NCBI GenBank assembly: GCA_015680685.1
Contig: MNCI01002538.1
Coordinates: forward strand, 214,831 to 278,830
Source: Gnetum montanum
Taxonomy: Eukaryota > Plantae > Gnetophyta
DNA length: 64,000 nt
Reading direction: 5' to 3'
Each line of letters starts with the position of its first letter. The first letter of the stretch is position 1. Positions 1-13,909 of the stretch are shown in pieces. A program made the position numbers and the translations under genes. Under the pieces are notes generated by a model. It was given only the letters and a program-made list of their open reading frames with translations. It made no database searches and was not told the DNA's origin.

Positions 1-3000
1 AGGAAGAGGAGATCAAGGTAATAGATATGACAATTAACATTTCAAAGGGGATGGTGATATGCTTCAAGGCAAAGGCAAAGGACAAGTTGAAAAACCTAAG
101 GTGGAATGATTTAGATGTTATAAATATAGACATTATCATTCCAAATGCTACACTAAACTACCTAATGACAAAGTAGAGAAATAAAATTTTGTAGAAGAGA
201 AAGAGTTTGAGATTTTGTTGATGGCTGTTCAAGCCAACTGAGAGTCTTAGTCAGATGTATGGTATGTGGATATTGGCTGTAGCAACCATATGTGTGGATA
301 TAAGTCTTCTTCTTTCTTACATAGATGAAATTTTTCATTCTACAGTAAGTTTTGATGATTGTTTTATTGTAAATGTAATGGGAAAGGGGGATATTAACAT
401 TAGAACTAAGAATGGTTTTGTAGAAACAATTTCCAAGGTTTTTTGTGTTCTTGATTTGAAAAGAAATTTGTTAAGTGTTGGTCAATTGCAAGAGAAGGGT
501 TATGTAATAACCATTCAGAAGGGTGCTTGTGAAATTTATGATCCTTCAAGAGGAGCTACTGTAGTTCTTCAAATAAGCTCCAATAGATTATTTCAACTAA
601 GGATTAAAAGTTGCCAATCTTGCCTAAAGATTGAAGTAAAAGATCCAACATGGCTTTAGCATTTTTGCTATGGCCACTTGAATTTTGAAGGATTAAAGAG
701 TCTACAATAGAAAAATATTGTGATTGGTATTCCTCAAATTACAATTCCTTCCAGTGTCTATGAAGAATGTGTTGTTGGTGAATAACATTATTTTCAATTT
801 TTTCAAGGAAAATCATGGAGAGCAAAGAATATCCTTGAGCTGGTTCACTGTGACATTTGTGGGCGAATTAAACCATCTTCAAATGAAGGTAAGAGGTACT
901 TGATCACCTTAATCGATGATTATAGTTGAAAAAGTTGTATTTATTTTTGTAGAAGAAGTCTAAAACTTTTAATTCATTTAAAAGCTTTAAGGCGTTTGTT
1001 GAGAACGAGTTTGGTAAGATCATTAAGACTCTTTATATGGATCATGGAGGAGAATATTATTCAAAAGAGTTTGATGTTTTTTGTGAGAATCATGGCATTT
1101 GGATTAAGCTCATAGCCCCATATACACAACAACAAAATGGTATATTAGAAAGGAAAAATAGAACCATTCTCAATATGGTGAGAAGCCTCTTGGCAAGAGG
1201 AAGTATTCCAAAGAGTTACTTGCTAGAGGCTATGAATTGAAGCATCCATGTTTTGAACAAAAGTCCCACCTTTGCTATTTTAAACATGACACCGAAAGAG
1301 GCTTGGAGTGGAAGGAAACTAATAGTGGATCACTTCAAAATATTTGGTTGCATTGCCTACGCATATATCCTGATTAGAAGAGGAAGAAGTTGGAGGATAA
1401 GAGTGAAAAATGTATCTTTCTTAGTGCAAGTGAAGCATCCAAAGCATATAACTTGTAGAATCCTCTAGCAAAGAAGATTATGACTAGTAGAGATGTCATC
1501 TTTGATGACGAGAGCACTTGGAATTGGAATGGGCAGTAGCCTACTTCAATTATTTTTGATAATGAAACTGTAGACACCGTAACACCTAAAACTATAGAAC
1601 CTAGAACTATAGACTTTGAAACACTAAGAATTGTGGAGGTTGAAATCACAAAAGCCATGGAGGCTGAAACACTAAAAACTATGGAGGTTGAGAATTCACT
1701 AATAGTGGCAATAGCTGAATCTTGCTATATTTAAAAAATATCCTTATGGATGATGCATCATGAGGTAACTAGGATTGACCAATATGATGATCCAATCACC
1801 CACTTTGCTTTGTTTGTAGATTATGATCCCACAACTTTTGAAAGTGCTATAAAAGAATCAAAATGGAGAAAGGCAATGGAGGATAAAATTGAAGCCATTA
1901 AGAGAAATGGTACTTGGGAGCTAGTTGATCTTCCAAAAGGGCATAAAACCATTGGTTTGAAGTGGATTCTTCAAAACAAAACTAAAGGATACTGGTGAAG
2001 TTAACAAGTATAAGGCACAATTGGTGGCTAACGGAGACAAGCAAGAATATGGAATTGACTATAAGAAGTCCTTGCTCCTATTGCAAGGCATGATACAATT
2101 AGAATGGTGATTGCATTGGCAACATAAAATTCATGGTTTATCTTCCAAATGGATGTCAAGTCTGCATTCTTGCATGGAGACTTGGAGGAACAAGTATTTA
2201 TTGATTAGCCCCTTAAATATTGGACTAAAATAAGCTGCAAGAGCTTGGTATAGTCATATAAATACCTATTTTTCTAAGGAGGGATGTAAAAAATGTCTAT
2301 ACGAGCATACACTTTTTACAAAGATTCATGAAGGAAAAGTGCTCATTGTATGTTTATATGCTAATGATCTTATTTTCACTAGGAATGATAGTGATTCATT
2401 TGAAAAATTTTAAAAGTTAATGATGGATGAGTTTGAAATGACTAATCTTGGAAAAATGCATTACTCTCTTGACATGGAAGTAGTGCAGTCCCTCGTTGGA
2501 ATCTTTATTTCTCAAAGCAAGTATGTCAGAGAAATTTTGGAGAGGTTTAAGATGAAGGATTACAATCCTATAAACACTCCAATTGAGATTGGTTTGAGGC
2601 TAAACAAAGATCCTAAAGGAATCAAGGTGGAGGCTACACTTTACAAGTAAATTGTTTGGAGTCTAATATATTTGACTGCAACTAGACCTAATATAATGCG
2701 TGCTATGAGTCTTATTAGTAGATACATGGAGTCTCCAAAGAAGATGCATTTATTGGCTGCTAAAAGAATATTTTGTTACTTGAGAGGGACTAAAGATGTT
2801 GGGCTATTTTACAAAAAAGTTGAGAAATATGATTTTGTGGGATTTATTGATAGTGATTATGTAGGAGATCAAGATGATATGTTTTTATGATGGGCACAAG
2901 GGCTATTTCATGATAATCTAAGAAGCAAGAAATTGTCACATTGTCAACCACAGAGGCTAAATTTGTTGCTACAACATCTTTTTCTTACTAAGTTATTTGG

Positions 3001-3290
3001 CTATGAAAAACTATTAATGAGCTATATTTCAAGTAAGAGGGGGCTACTACAATTTTTCTATGACAGTAATCCTAGCATAAATTTATCCAAAAATCTTGTG
3101 CTACATGGAAAATGCAAGCATATTTATGTGAGATTTCACTTCTTGCATGATCTATGTAATGATGGTATTATTGATTTGTTGTTTTGTAAGAGTAAAGATC
3201 AACTGACTGATATTCTAACCAAACCCCTTAAGTTATTAACATTATAAAGGTTGAGAAAGTAGCTTGGAGTTTGCATGTTGAATGATTCTT
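1..3290 (+). pseudogene. pol: Copia gag-pol polyprotein remnant
   Basis: WYVDIGCSNHMCG protease site near 258-296; LKRNLLSVGQLQEKG; integrase DHGGEY...QQNGILERKNRT (1037-1240); RT N-terminus WELVDLPKGHKTIGLKW (1750-1998) and QMDVKSAFLHG near 2147-2179; RNase H KHIYVRFHF...DQLTDILTKPL (2933-3247). Confidence 0.93.
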
Positions 3291-3330
3291 GTTAAACTAA
3301 TAGTTTGAAAACATTTAGTTTACGGAAGGG

Positions 3331-3881
3331 TGTTAAATGTGTTTAATTATTAAACATGCTTTTTGTTATCTTAGTCTCTAGGAACTATCCTTAGGAATTC
3401 GGTTGCTATTTTCATTCTTTAGAAGTTGAATGATTAGTTATTATAGAAGTTGAAGGGTCGACTATTACAAAAGTTGAATGGTTAATTGTTATAAAAATTG
3501 AATGGTCAATCATTACAAAAGTTGAAGGGTTAATTGTTATAGAAGTTGAAGGGTTGGTTGTTACAGAAGTTGAAGGGTTGGTTGTTACAGAAGTTACAGA
3601 AGTTGAAGGGTTGGTTATTATAGAAGTTACAGAAGTTGAAGGGTTGGTCATTACAGAAGTTGAAGGGTGAACCATAACAAAAGTTAAAGGTTAACCATTA
3701 TAGAAGTAGCTTCATATTATGATTTAGTTGCTATTTTCTGTTGATGTATTTGCCTATTTAAAGGCCATTATCAGTTGAATAGAAAAGTGAAAATTTAGTT
3801 GCCTCTATTTGCCCTTGTTTTGTTCTATTTTTGTTGTGTTTTTTATCTGAGGTTAGTAGTGCACAACCTCAGAGGTTGACA
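3331..3881 (+). repeat. Copia 3' LTR
   Basis: Starts TGTTAA directly after PPT GGAAGGG, ends TTGACA (imperfect terminal inverted repeat); TATA-like CTATTTAAA near 3754. Right end inferred because the partner LTR is not in the window. Confidence 0.75.
3415..3710. repeat. About 24-bp tandem array (AGAAGTTGAAGGGTTGGTTGTTAC) inside the copia LTR
   Basis: Roughly a dozen imperfect units, two with an extra 9-bp AGAAGTTAC duplication. Confidence 0.9.
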
Positions 3882-6569
3882 ATAGCTACCATCATGACAT
3901 CAATCCTACTTTTAAAATCACCACCAACTTTAGAACAAATATTTCATGAAGCCCATTTTCAATTAGTATCTGTCAATGCTTATAACTCTTAGATTTCATG
4001 ATGAAAAAAAATTTCCTTACAACTTAATTTGCATTAAATAGTTATCTTCCTACATTAGTTCTACCCTAAAGTAATGAAATAAAGTCAAGCATGCTTGGTG
4101 TGTCTCTATAAAAGCAAGTTCCCATGGACCACTTGCATGTTTGATAAAACTTATTAGGCTTGCCCCAATGCCTCTATCATGCCCAAATATCCATATCATA
4201 GTGAATAAGTCTATTATTGAATCAATGGTTTCAAATAAAACATTCTTATGTGACTACAATTCTTCAAAGTTGAAAGAAATAAGTGCAACATCACAAATTC
4301 AGAGTCTAAAACTTGAAGAACAAAAAATTGAATAAAAATAGGAAACTTTACCTTAAAAAAGGTAATGTGAATATCAATTTATTAACATATTAACATTTAA
4401 AATAGGAAAATTAATTGAAGTAATAATGTATTTACCAGGAAATTTTGAATGAGTAAATTAAGTTTCTCACATAATGCACACTACCTAAATGAAAGAAAAT
4501 ATCAAGATACCAAATGTAATTATTTAATAAATTATATTGGCTGCATAAATTTATAAACTTTCTTAAATTTACTTGCAGCTAACTTTACTCAAATTCTATT
4601 CCTGGTCGACAATGTTAATTTAGCTCTAAGGGAGGTGGCATTACAATAAAAAATATGGAGCTCAAAACACATAAAAGATAAGATGCCAAAATTAAACGAA
4701 ATTGACATCATAGATTTTGTTTACAACTCTTAAATGTTGTTGAAACCTCATAATATAATGTTACATGAAACATCTTACCAGTGATTTAAAGTTCAACAAA
4801 ACAATTTTTTTAGCTTCTTGAAAAAGTTAGAAAATTTAAAAAGTTTGCAACTGTTTGGGAAAAAGTCTGCATGTTTAAAAAGAGCAATGCTTTGGAGGCT
4901 TCATATTGCACATCATATAAATAAACATAATAAATACATCCAACACATAATTAAAGACAAATTAAAAAAACATTTTAACAAAGGACATAATCAATATATA
5001 AAGTTACAAACTATATTGTCATAAACTTAAATATAAAGAACCTCAATTAGATGTTCCCTTGGTCTGTTTGGTGTAGCTTTATCTTTTTATTCTTTCAAAT
5101 TTCCTCACTAAAATTAAGCTTGTTGAATTGTTTCTTCAATATCCACTCTAGTAGCTCCAAATGCCTTTAAATATTCATTTATGATTATCAAAAGTTCGTT
5201 TTCTAAATTTGCCTCAAAGATAAATTAGTGCATTTGGCAATGTCATCTACATCCTTATTAGGAATGTAATCATCATCACTTTCACTATCAATAATCAGAG
5301 TTATCATCCTCTACAAGATTAACTAAAAAATCTTGCTCATCATTAATTTGTACATTATTAGTTCTTTGAGGCTTAAGAATAGAAGAGAAAGCTTCATAAT
5401 TAATTTTTATTAAATTTTTTAATTTTAATTAATATAGAAGAATTATGAATTCTAATATTTTAATTCAAAATTTTTTTAAAAAAAAATTTATTTGAAAGAC
5501 TTTTTTGAAAAAGACATTATTTTTTTTGCTACTTTGGTGTTATGATAAAAAAATTATTTACTGTAACCAAGAAGCTCTCCCTTTGGAATTATGACTAAAA
5601 AAAATTTACCAAGACTCAGAAGGGCCAACTAGTAGTTGGGAAAAACTCTCAGCCAAATTGATGATGATGATCATTGTGATGTATAACCCCTTAATTTCAT
5701 AAACAAAAACTTCCACATCATTAATTAATAGATAAAGAATAATAACATGAAGAATTGAGGTGCCAAATATAATCTTGGATGAGCCTTACTACTATTTTGG
5801 TTAGGATGGACCTTTGCAAGTTATTATAAGTTCATAGTCTTATGCACAATAAAATATGATGAGGCTATTATTCAACTATGTAGTGGTAGATTAGACACTA
5901 CCACAAACTAAATGTGAAGTTTTAGTAGCATGTTTGAATGGTATCATGTGATTAGTATCTCACCTGTACTATGTCAACATTGTCTTTTGCAACTCCAAAT
6001 GCCATAGTTCTAGTTCTAGCTTCTACAACAAGTTTTACAAATATTTTGGCTTCACGACTAACCTACAAAACCATTTTCAAAAGAAGAGAATGCATTTTTT
6101 TATTATGATGTGGGGGATGTAATATTAAAGGCACTTCTAGTTTTGAGCTACATACTCTTACTATGTCAACCTTGACTTTCTTTGTAGGCAATTGACCCCC
6201 TTCTCCTAGCTTTGCATCTTGTGCAATTTTGATTTTTTGTTGATCTGCATTAGCCAAATAATGTTGGTGTAACACAAAAAAGTCCATAAGCAACCTGATA
6301 ACAAACAATATACACTATAGGCCTAGAAAAAAAAATCATTGGGCTATGTAAGATTTGTTTGGCATATAAGTTTTTCCTTGTATCAAATTGGCATACTACT
6401 AATAATATGAAAACTACATAACCTTTATAGTTAATCAATTGAAGTTTGATGAATATGTAATAGTCATAAAAATTCATATATAGGAAAAAACTAACATTGC
6501 TCATTTTGACTCTATGACAGGCATATAGGAAAAGAAATAGCTATGAAGTTTTAAGCATGATATCAACCT

Positions 6570-6613
6570 ACCTGCTAGATTGCACAATTTGCTGTATCAT
6601 TATTTTGAAGGCC
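6570..6613 (-). pseudogene. Ulp1/C48 peptidase-like pseudogene, Cys-motif fragment (left of the gypsy insertion)
   Basis: Minus strand reads YFRGLQNNDTANCAI across the reconstructed empty site, resembling the Ulp1 Q..N..DCG motif; followed by a CAG/GTAGG splice donor. Confidence 0.4.
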
Positions 6614-9378
6614 TATTCAATCCCTTCTAGACACATTAGGTATAGCCATATGATTATGATTTATGTATTACATGTGTTTCCTTGGTGGATTATTAAAGCC
6701 AACCTATCTTATTGTAATTACACTTTACCTATTATGATTATGATGTCATTACAAGCTTAACTAATGTAATTATGTACATTATCCCTATGGGATGTGTTAG
6801 ATAGGTGATGTTGTAGGTCAAGATGTTTGATTGGGGTACAAGGGAACTTATGCAGTATGCAATTATGCTTTATATAAACTTCTAGTGTTCATGCATTTGA
6901 ACTCTAGGACTATGTTGTATGATGCTTGGGTGTGATTTTAGCATGTGAAGGTATAGAGCATTTTATAAGGATCTCGTAAGTTTAAACAAATTTTAATTTG
7001 AAGTCCCAGTGTGGTTGTTATGTATGTTTGAAATGTAGGGCATTAGTTGTAGAGGCGAAAAATAAGATTAATTTATAAAAAAATAATTAAAAGAAAAACA
7101 AACATAGAACATAAAGTTAGGTTGCACATGTGACGTGCACTAAGGAAAAACAAAACAAAAAGAAGTTGCTTGTATATTTTTTACTATAAACATATGCTTA
7201 AAAGCATAGGTTTTCTTTTATTATTGTTTTTCCCCCCTGCCCTTTTGCATCACCAACTCATAAAAATTGGGTTTTGTCTATTTTATTTTGTTTTGGAGAA
7301 TAGAAATGCATAGGATTTTGTTTTCTTGAGTTTTTTTCTTCTCTTTTCTTTTATTCCACATTTTTCTGAATTCTAAGCTTTGTGGACAGTTTTTGCTTAC
7401 TCTGAACTTGGATTTGGGGTTGTTGTGGTCATATCTACATGGGTGTGGAACTTGTTTCAAGAAAAATAGTTTTCTATCAAGTTTTCAAGGTTTTTTTTAC
7501 TTCTTTTGGACTATTTACCATAACAATTTTAATTTGTAAGTTGTCTTTATTATTTCCCTATATTTTTGTGCTGGATTAGTGTATATGATCATGTGACATG
7601 CGCATGTCTAGTAGATAGTTAAACGATTGATCTTGGACATGTTATTTTGCATATTTCCTGAAATTGTATGGTTTTGGTTATGAATTGTTTACTAATATAT
7701 ATGTGATGTATGGTATGATGTAGACTTGGGAAATATGATATGTGATGTTGATGAGACTAGTTGGGTTGAAATATTATATTTTAGGAACCTATTGTAGTGT
7801 AGGAATTTATAGGAGTTTTAGTCATTACTAGTTGTAATTAAATATTATTTTATTAATCAAAACTAGAAATGTACATAACTTTTTTTTAGGAGTTTGAATT
7901 AGGAAAACTTATTATCATTGGATCATCTTGGGAAGTACTTTTTAATTGTGGAATTCATTTTTTTGGGCATATATTAGTTTGGAGGTTAGTATAGTGGGCA
8001 TTTTGTGGTATTACATGTATTTCAAGAAATAATGTTATGATGCAAAATTTTTTTTTGTCAAGTCATGGTATTGTTTTCATGGAATGAATGCGACTATTAG
8101 GTGTGGATATATGTGGTCATGTTATGTTGGTTTTGGATGTGTTGTGCTTGTGGAATGTGTTGGCTTAAGCTAGTTGAGCTTTGTACATGTCTTTGCAATA
8201 ATGTTTGTGACGACCATTGGTGGGTGGTGTTAGCATAACAGTTTGGATTTTTTGATGATGAGGCACCTTGGAGGTTCTATGGATTGACCCCCATTGTGAT
8301 GCATTGGTTAGGCTCCTGTCTTAGGCCTCATCCTAAGAGTGGGAGAGTGAAGGTGTATTTGTCCCTATGATTGGTACATGGCATAGGTGTGTTTGTTCTT
8401 ATAGCCAGTCTACCAGAAGCCTAGTGGTTGCAAGTCATAGGTTGATAGACCCTAGCACCAGTTGGAAAATAAAAGACTAATAAAAGACCTATAGGCAATG
8501 ATTATTTATGAGTACTCATGGAAACATTTTACACACTACATTAAGTATGGATATGCTAGTAACCACATGGGCTATGTATATGATAGTATTGGCTGTGTAT
8601 ATGATAGTATTGATTTGTGAGTCATAGTTTTGATATATATCTATATATACTATTTGGATTATGATTGTGTGAGACATATGTTGTTTCATAGTGTGGAGTA
8701 GGTATGATGGCATGGGCATGATAGTGGAAATGCATGTGATGTGGTGTAATAGATATATGATAGATTATGTTAGATATTAGATTTATTTGCGATTGTATGA
8801 CAACCATATTTTCTTTATGATAATGATTCTACTAGTGATATGTCCTATGGTATGTGTGTGGGTGTTGTTTTAAGCATGCACAAGATTAATAGTTGTTACA
8901 GATTGCATTGTATCCCACTCCTCTACTCTTATGCAGTACTTGTTGACCATCTAGCATTGAAAGTATAAAGGCTTCCCACTCAGTTTTACACTAACTTTAT
9001 TTAGTTACAGGTGTAATTTTTAGGAGCATAGATGAGCATGGAGAGAGAGAGTAGAGGAGGGGAGAATCTTCAAGGGTTGGTTAATGTATTATTATGAAAC
9101 TCTCTATACTCCTCCATATATATGTTGATGTTTATGTATGTTTTTATCATATGAGAGTAGTGTAGATTGTTGGATTATGTAGAGACATACAGTTTTATAA
9201 ATCAACATGTATGTTTAGTTTTCAGGTTGGCATGGATTGTTGTGTAGTTTGACCTTCCTTAATATAATGTATTTCTACACATCATTAGTTTTTAGTTCAT
9301 CATGCTTTTATTGTAATATTACTAGTAATCCTAGGCATTACCCTACCCTAACTACATGTAGTAGGATGGGGTGTTACA
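6614..9378 (+). repeat. 5' LTR of the chromovirus element (about 2.8 kb)
   Basis: TATTCAATCCCTTCTAGACACATTAG...GGGGTGTTACA; collinear with 13910-17312. Confidence 0.92.
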
Positions 9379-9381
9379 TTA

Positions 9382-9393
9382 TGGTATCAGAGC
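9382..9393 (+). other. Primer binding site, initiator Met tRNA
   Basis: TGGTATCAGAGC, 3 bp after the LTR end. Confidence 0.95.
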
Positions 9394-9479
9394 TAGTTTA
9401 CTCTACTGTTGTATGATGGTTGGGATACTCATCCATTTTTTATTTTAGGTTATAAAGATCTATAGTAGATGTGGTCATG

Positions 9480-12400
9480 AAGTTGGTAGGACTTGCATGT
9501 TAGAAGGGCCTAATGATGGGCCAGAGTAGCCTCCTCAAACATCTTGTGGTGGTCCTACAATTAGGTAACTAGATCTTATACATTGGCTATTACAAATCTT
9601 GCAACAACATGTTCTAGCTAGTGATTATCCTATTCCCATAGTTAGGGAAGTGAGAAGTCATAATGGTAGTGGAGGCTTAGGAGAATTAAATAAGTATCTT
9701 ATCAATAAGAAATTGGTAGAGTAGCTTTGGATGCTAGGACCTCCTAAATTTGATGGCATCAAGGTTCCTACTATAGCTATAGAATGATTGCAGGAATTGC
9801 AAAATACTTTTGATTTGATGGACTATTCATTGGTTCAGTAGACTCAATTGGTAGTTTATCAGTTGTTTGGTATGACCCAGTGTTGGTGGACAAATGAAGA
9901 GCAAGCCAAAGGATGGAATGATCAATAGGTAGCATGGGGTGATTTTCCAATATCTTTAAAAGACTATAATGTGTTTACCCAATATGCTTAGGCCAAGGAG
10001 GATGAGTTCTATTGTTTGTATCAGGGTAGTTGATCTATGGTAGATTATGATGCTCATTTCTCTAAGCTTAGTAGTTATGTATCATAGATGCATACAAATG
10101 CTCAGGAATAGGTAAATAGATTTGTTAATGGCTTGAGGCCATCTTTAAAGGATCACATCTTACCCCTCATATTAACATCCTACAATGAGGCTAGAGAAAT
10201 AGCCATGGATTTAGAGAAGAGTTAGCGTGAAGATGTAGCTCTTAGAGAGAGGTGGTAGGGGTAGAAGAGAGGACTAACATCTAGAGAGAGACTTGGCCCT
10301 TCCAAGAAAGCTCATGGACATGGAGGTGAGTGCCCAATACCATATGATGGTTCTACTATTGCGGCTGGTCATAGATCTATTATTTGTTATTGATGTGGGT
10401 ATCTTGGCCATTTGCAGAGGGAGTGCCAGAATTATTTTGCATGTGGAAAGCTAGGGCATCGAGCTTAGGAGTGCTTGAAGTAGGTAGGTAGTAGTGGAAG
10501 AGGTAGAAACTAAGGACAATGACCTCTAGTTTAGGGTGAACATGGAACACTTGTTACTCCATTAGGACGAGTATACTAGAGAACCTAAGGATGAGTGTAT
10601 GTCCTAACGGACCAACTATTGGATGTGTAGCCAAGCATAGTGATGGAGATGGGAGGTATGATTCTAGACTTTGATGTGTTGATTCTATTTGATCCAGGTG
10701 CTAGCCATTCTTTTGTAGATCCTTTGGTTTCACATCATGTAGCTCTTGTATTTCATTCTCTCTCTTCTATGTTGATAGTATCTTCTACTAGGGATCATGA
10801 AACTCAAGTTGATCAGATGTGTATATGCGTGCCTATATAATTAAAAGGTGTGCAATAAATTAGTGATTTAAATGTTATGAATCTTGGGGTATAAGATGTA
10901 ATTTTGGGATGGATTAGCTATTGCAATTTAATGCTAGTTTGGATTGTTGACAAAATCTCATAAGATTATAATTAATGTATGGTGCTCTAATTGAGATACA
11001 AAACTCATTTGAGGACTATGCATCTAGATTTGATCTCCTCCTGGATGTACCATAGGATGCTTCAAAAATGGCATGAATTCTTTGTAGCTATAATATATAA
11101 AACATATATGATGGAGATAGATCAAATTTTTGTGGTTCAATAATTTTCTAATGTGTTCTAGTCAGAATTACCAAGTTTGCCATTGAGGTGAGTGATTGAG
11201 TTTGAAATTAAACTTAAACTTAGCATTGAACCTATTTCAAAGGCTCCACATAGGATGTCTTCTGTAGAGCTAGCAAACCTAAAGATCTAGCTATAGGAAT
11301 TTTTGGACAAAGGCCTCATTTGCCCTAGTGCATTACCATGGGATGCACCAGTGCTATTGGTTGAAAAGAAGGATGGAAGTTTGTGACTATGCATAGACTA
11401 AGTGATGGTGAAAAATAAATATATTTTGCCATGCATTGATGACTTATTTGATCAACTTTGGGAAGCTCATGCATTCTTCGAGATTGATCTCAAGTTTGGG
11501 TATTATTAGATGCAAGTTCATGAGTAGGATGTATCAAAGACATCATTTAGAACATGATATGGTCATTATGAGTTTCTAGTGCTTCCATTTGTGCTGACAA
11601 ATACATTGGCAGTTTTCATGCACCTCATGAATAGTGTGATGCAACCATTCCTAGATTGATTTGTGATAGTGTTCATAGATGATATCTTAGTATATTCTCC
11701 TAATGAGTAGTTGCATGTAGAGCACTTGTAGATGGTCTTACAGACTTTGAGGGAGTACTAACTATATGCTTAGCCATCCAAGTGTTCATTTTGGTAGTCA
11801 AAGATTTAGTTCTTGGGACATGTGGTATTAAGAGTTAGTATCTCTATGGATCCTACAAAGTTTATGATAGTTTGTGGTTGGCCTATTCCATGATTAGTAG
11901 TGGAGATGCAAAGCTTCTTGGGATTAGCAAGATATTACTGNTTCTTGCATAGCCTTTCCTTTGAATCAATTGTTAAGGAAGGATACTAACTTTACTTGAA
12001 TCCTAGATTATCAAAATGCATTTTAAGAGTTGAAGCATAGATTGATGATTGCTCTAGTACTAATATATTCTACATGAGGACATTGATATGATGTTAGTAC
12101 TAATGCTTCAGGGGATGGATTTTCTTGTGTGTTAATGTAGGATGGATAGGTTGTGGCATATGCATCCCATCAATTAAGGCCACATGAAATTAGAGATCTC
12201 ATACATGATCTAGAGTTGGGTGTTGTGATCTTCGCTTTGAAGATTTGGTGGCATTATCTATATGGGGTGTAGGTTACTATTTGCACTAACAATAAGAGCC
12301 TCTAATATCTTATCGATATGCTATAGTTAAACCTATGAAAATGTAGATGGATGGAGCTATTTACTAACTTTGAGTTTACTATTAAATACAGGCCTGGCAA

Positions 12401-13880
12401 GACTAGTAAAGTAGTTGATGCATTGAGTAGGATGGTAAGTAAGCTTAATAGCTTGATAGTCCACTCAAATTTGTAGGAGTGGATACAAGAGCAACAATGA
12501 CATGATCCATGGTGTCAAGAATTGAGATAAAAAATCACCTTTGATGGATTGTTCTTTTTGGATAGTGATGGAGTATTATAGAGAAATGGTCAAGTATGTG
12601 TTCCAGAAGCTCTACGAATTTAATTAATGAATGAGGCCCACATGACTAGATACTAAATGCATATAGGTAGTTAGAAGATGTACCAAATTTTATATAAGAT
12701 GTATTGGTGGCATGGTATGAAGAGAAATGTAGGAGATTATGTGTCTCAATGTTTAATTTACTAGCAAGTGAAGATAGAGCATCAAAGGTCTAGGGAATAT
12801 TTACATTCCCATGATATTCCTCAATGGAAATTAGATACCATTGGTATGGATTTCATTGTTGGTCTTCTATAGGATTGTAGTGGTCATGATGCTATATTAG
12901 TAGTTGTTAATTTGTTAACAAATTCTACCCATTTCCTCACTACACGAGCATCAATGAATGTAGTAGAAATTGCAGATCTCTTTCTTGTAGAGATAGTTTA
13001 GTTGCATGGTGTTCCACAATGGATTATTAGTGATAGAGATGCTCGATTCATGTCATATTTTTGGCAGGAATTTTAGAAGGAGATGGATACAAAGATAAAT
13101 ATGAGTTTGACATATCATCCACAAACTAATGGTTATACTAAGCAAGTGAATCAGATTCTTAAGAACATGTTGAGAGCCTATGCTTTGTAGTATAGAGATG
13201 GTTGGGATCAAATGCTACCATTAGTTGAATTTGCATACAATAGTAGTAATAAAGAGAGTTTTTAGGCAGTACCATATGAGATTTTATATGGTAGATCATG
13301 TAGAACACCTTTATGTTGGGATACCATAGAAGATCGTTAGTAAGTGAGCATAGATTTGGTGAGATAGACTACATAGTAGGTTCATGAGATTTGAGATAGA
13401 TTAAGAGCTGCATAGGATAGGTAGGTGGCATATGCTACTTGATATCAAATTCCATTGGAGTTTGTGCTCAAAGATCACGTATTTTTGTAGGTTTCTCCAT
13501 TGAAAGGCCTTACCTAATTATGTTGAAAAGGGAAATTAGCTCCTAGATACATTAGTCCTTTATAGGTGTTACACAAGATTAGGAGAGTGACCTATTAGAT
13601 AACATTACCTTCTCATTTAGCACATGTACATGATGTGTTTCATGTATCTATGGTACAAAATTATGTACCTAATGAAAACCATGTGCTTGATCATTCAGGG
13701 ATATAACTATAGTTTAATATTAGTTATGTTGAGAAACCAGTAAAGATTGTTGATTGTATATTGCAACAGCTATGCAATGAAGTTGTGCCCATGGTCAAGA
13801 TTTTATTGAGTAGACATGGAGCTTCAAAGGCTACCTAGAAGGTTTAGATGGATATGGATGTAGATCATCCTGAGATCATC
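9480..13880 (+). pseudogene. pol: Chromovirus gag-pol remnant
   Basis: Two CCHC knuckles near 10380-10476; PR ILFDPGASHSF (10640-10840); RT VFIDDIL near 11670; [15 protein letters not shown]...HDLELG; INT IGMDFIVGL, IISDRDARF, HPQTNG; chromodomain-like EKPVKIVD near 13730. Confidence 0.92.
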
Positions 13881-13909
13881 TAGGAGGAAGATTCTCAAGG
13901 AGGGGAGAG

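Larger units (their letters stand above)
1..3881 (+). mobile_element. Ty1/copia LTR retrotransposon, degenerate, 5' end outside the window
   Basis: Order is gag zinc knuckle - PR - INT - RT - RNase H, followed by a purine tract (3324-3330) and a TG...CA LTR; many stops and frameshifts. Confidence 0.95.

Noticed and set aside
3412-3675. 87-aa Thr/Ser-rich ORF
   Set aside because: Artefact of the 24-bp LTR tandem repeat.
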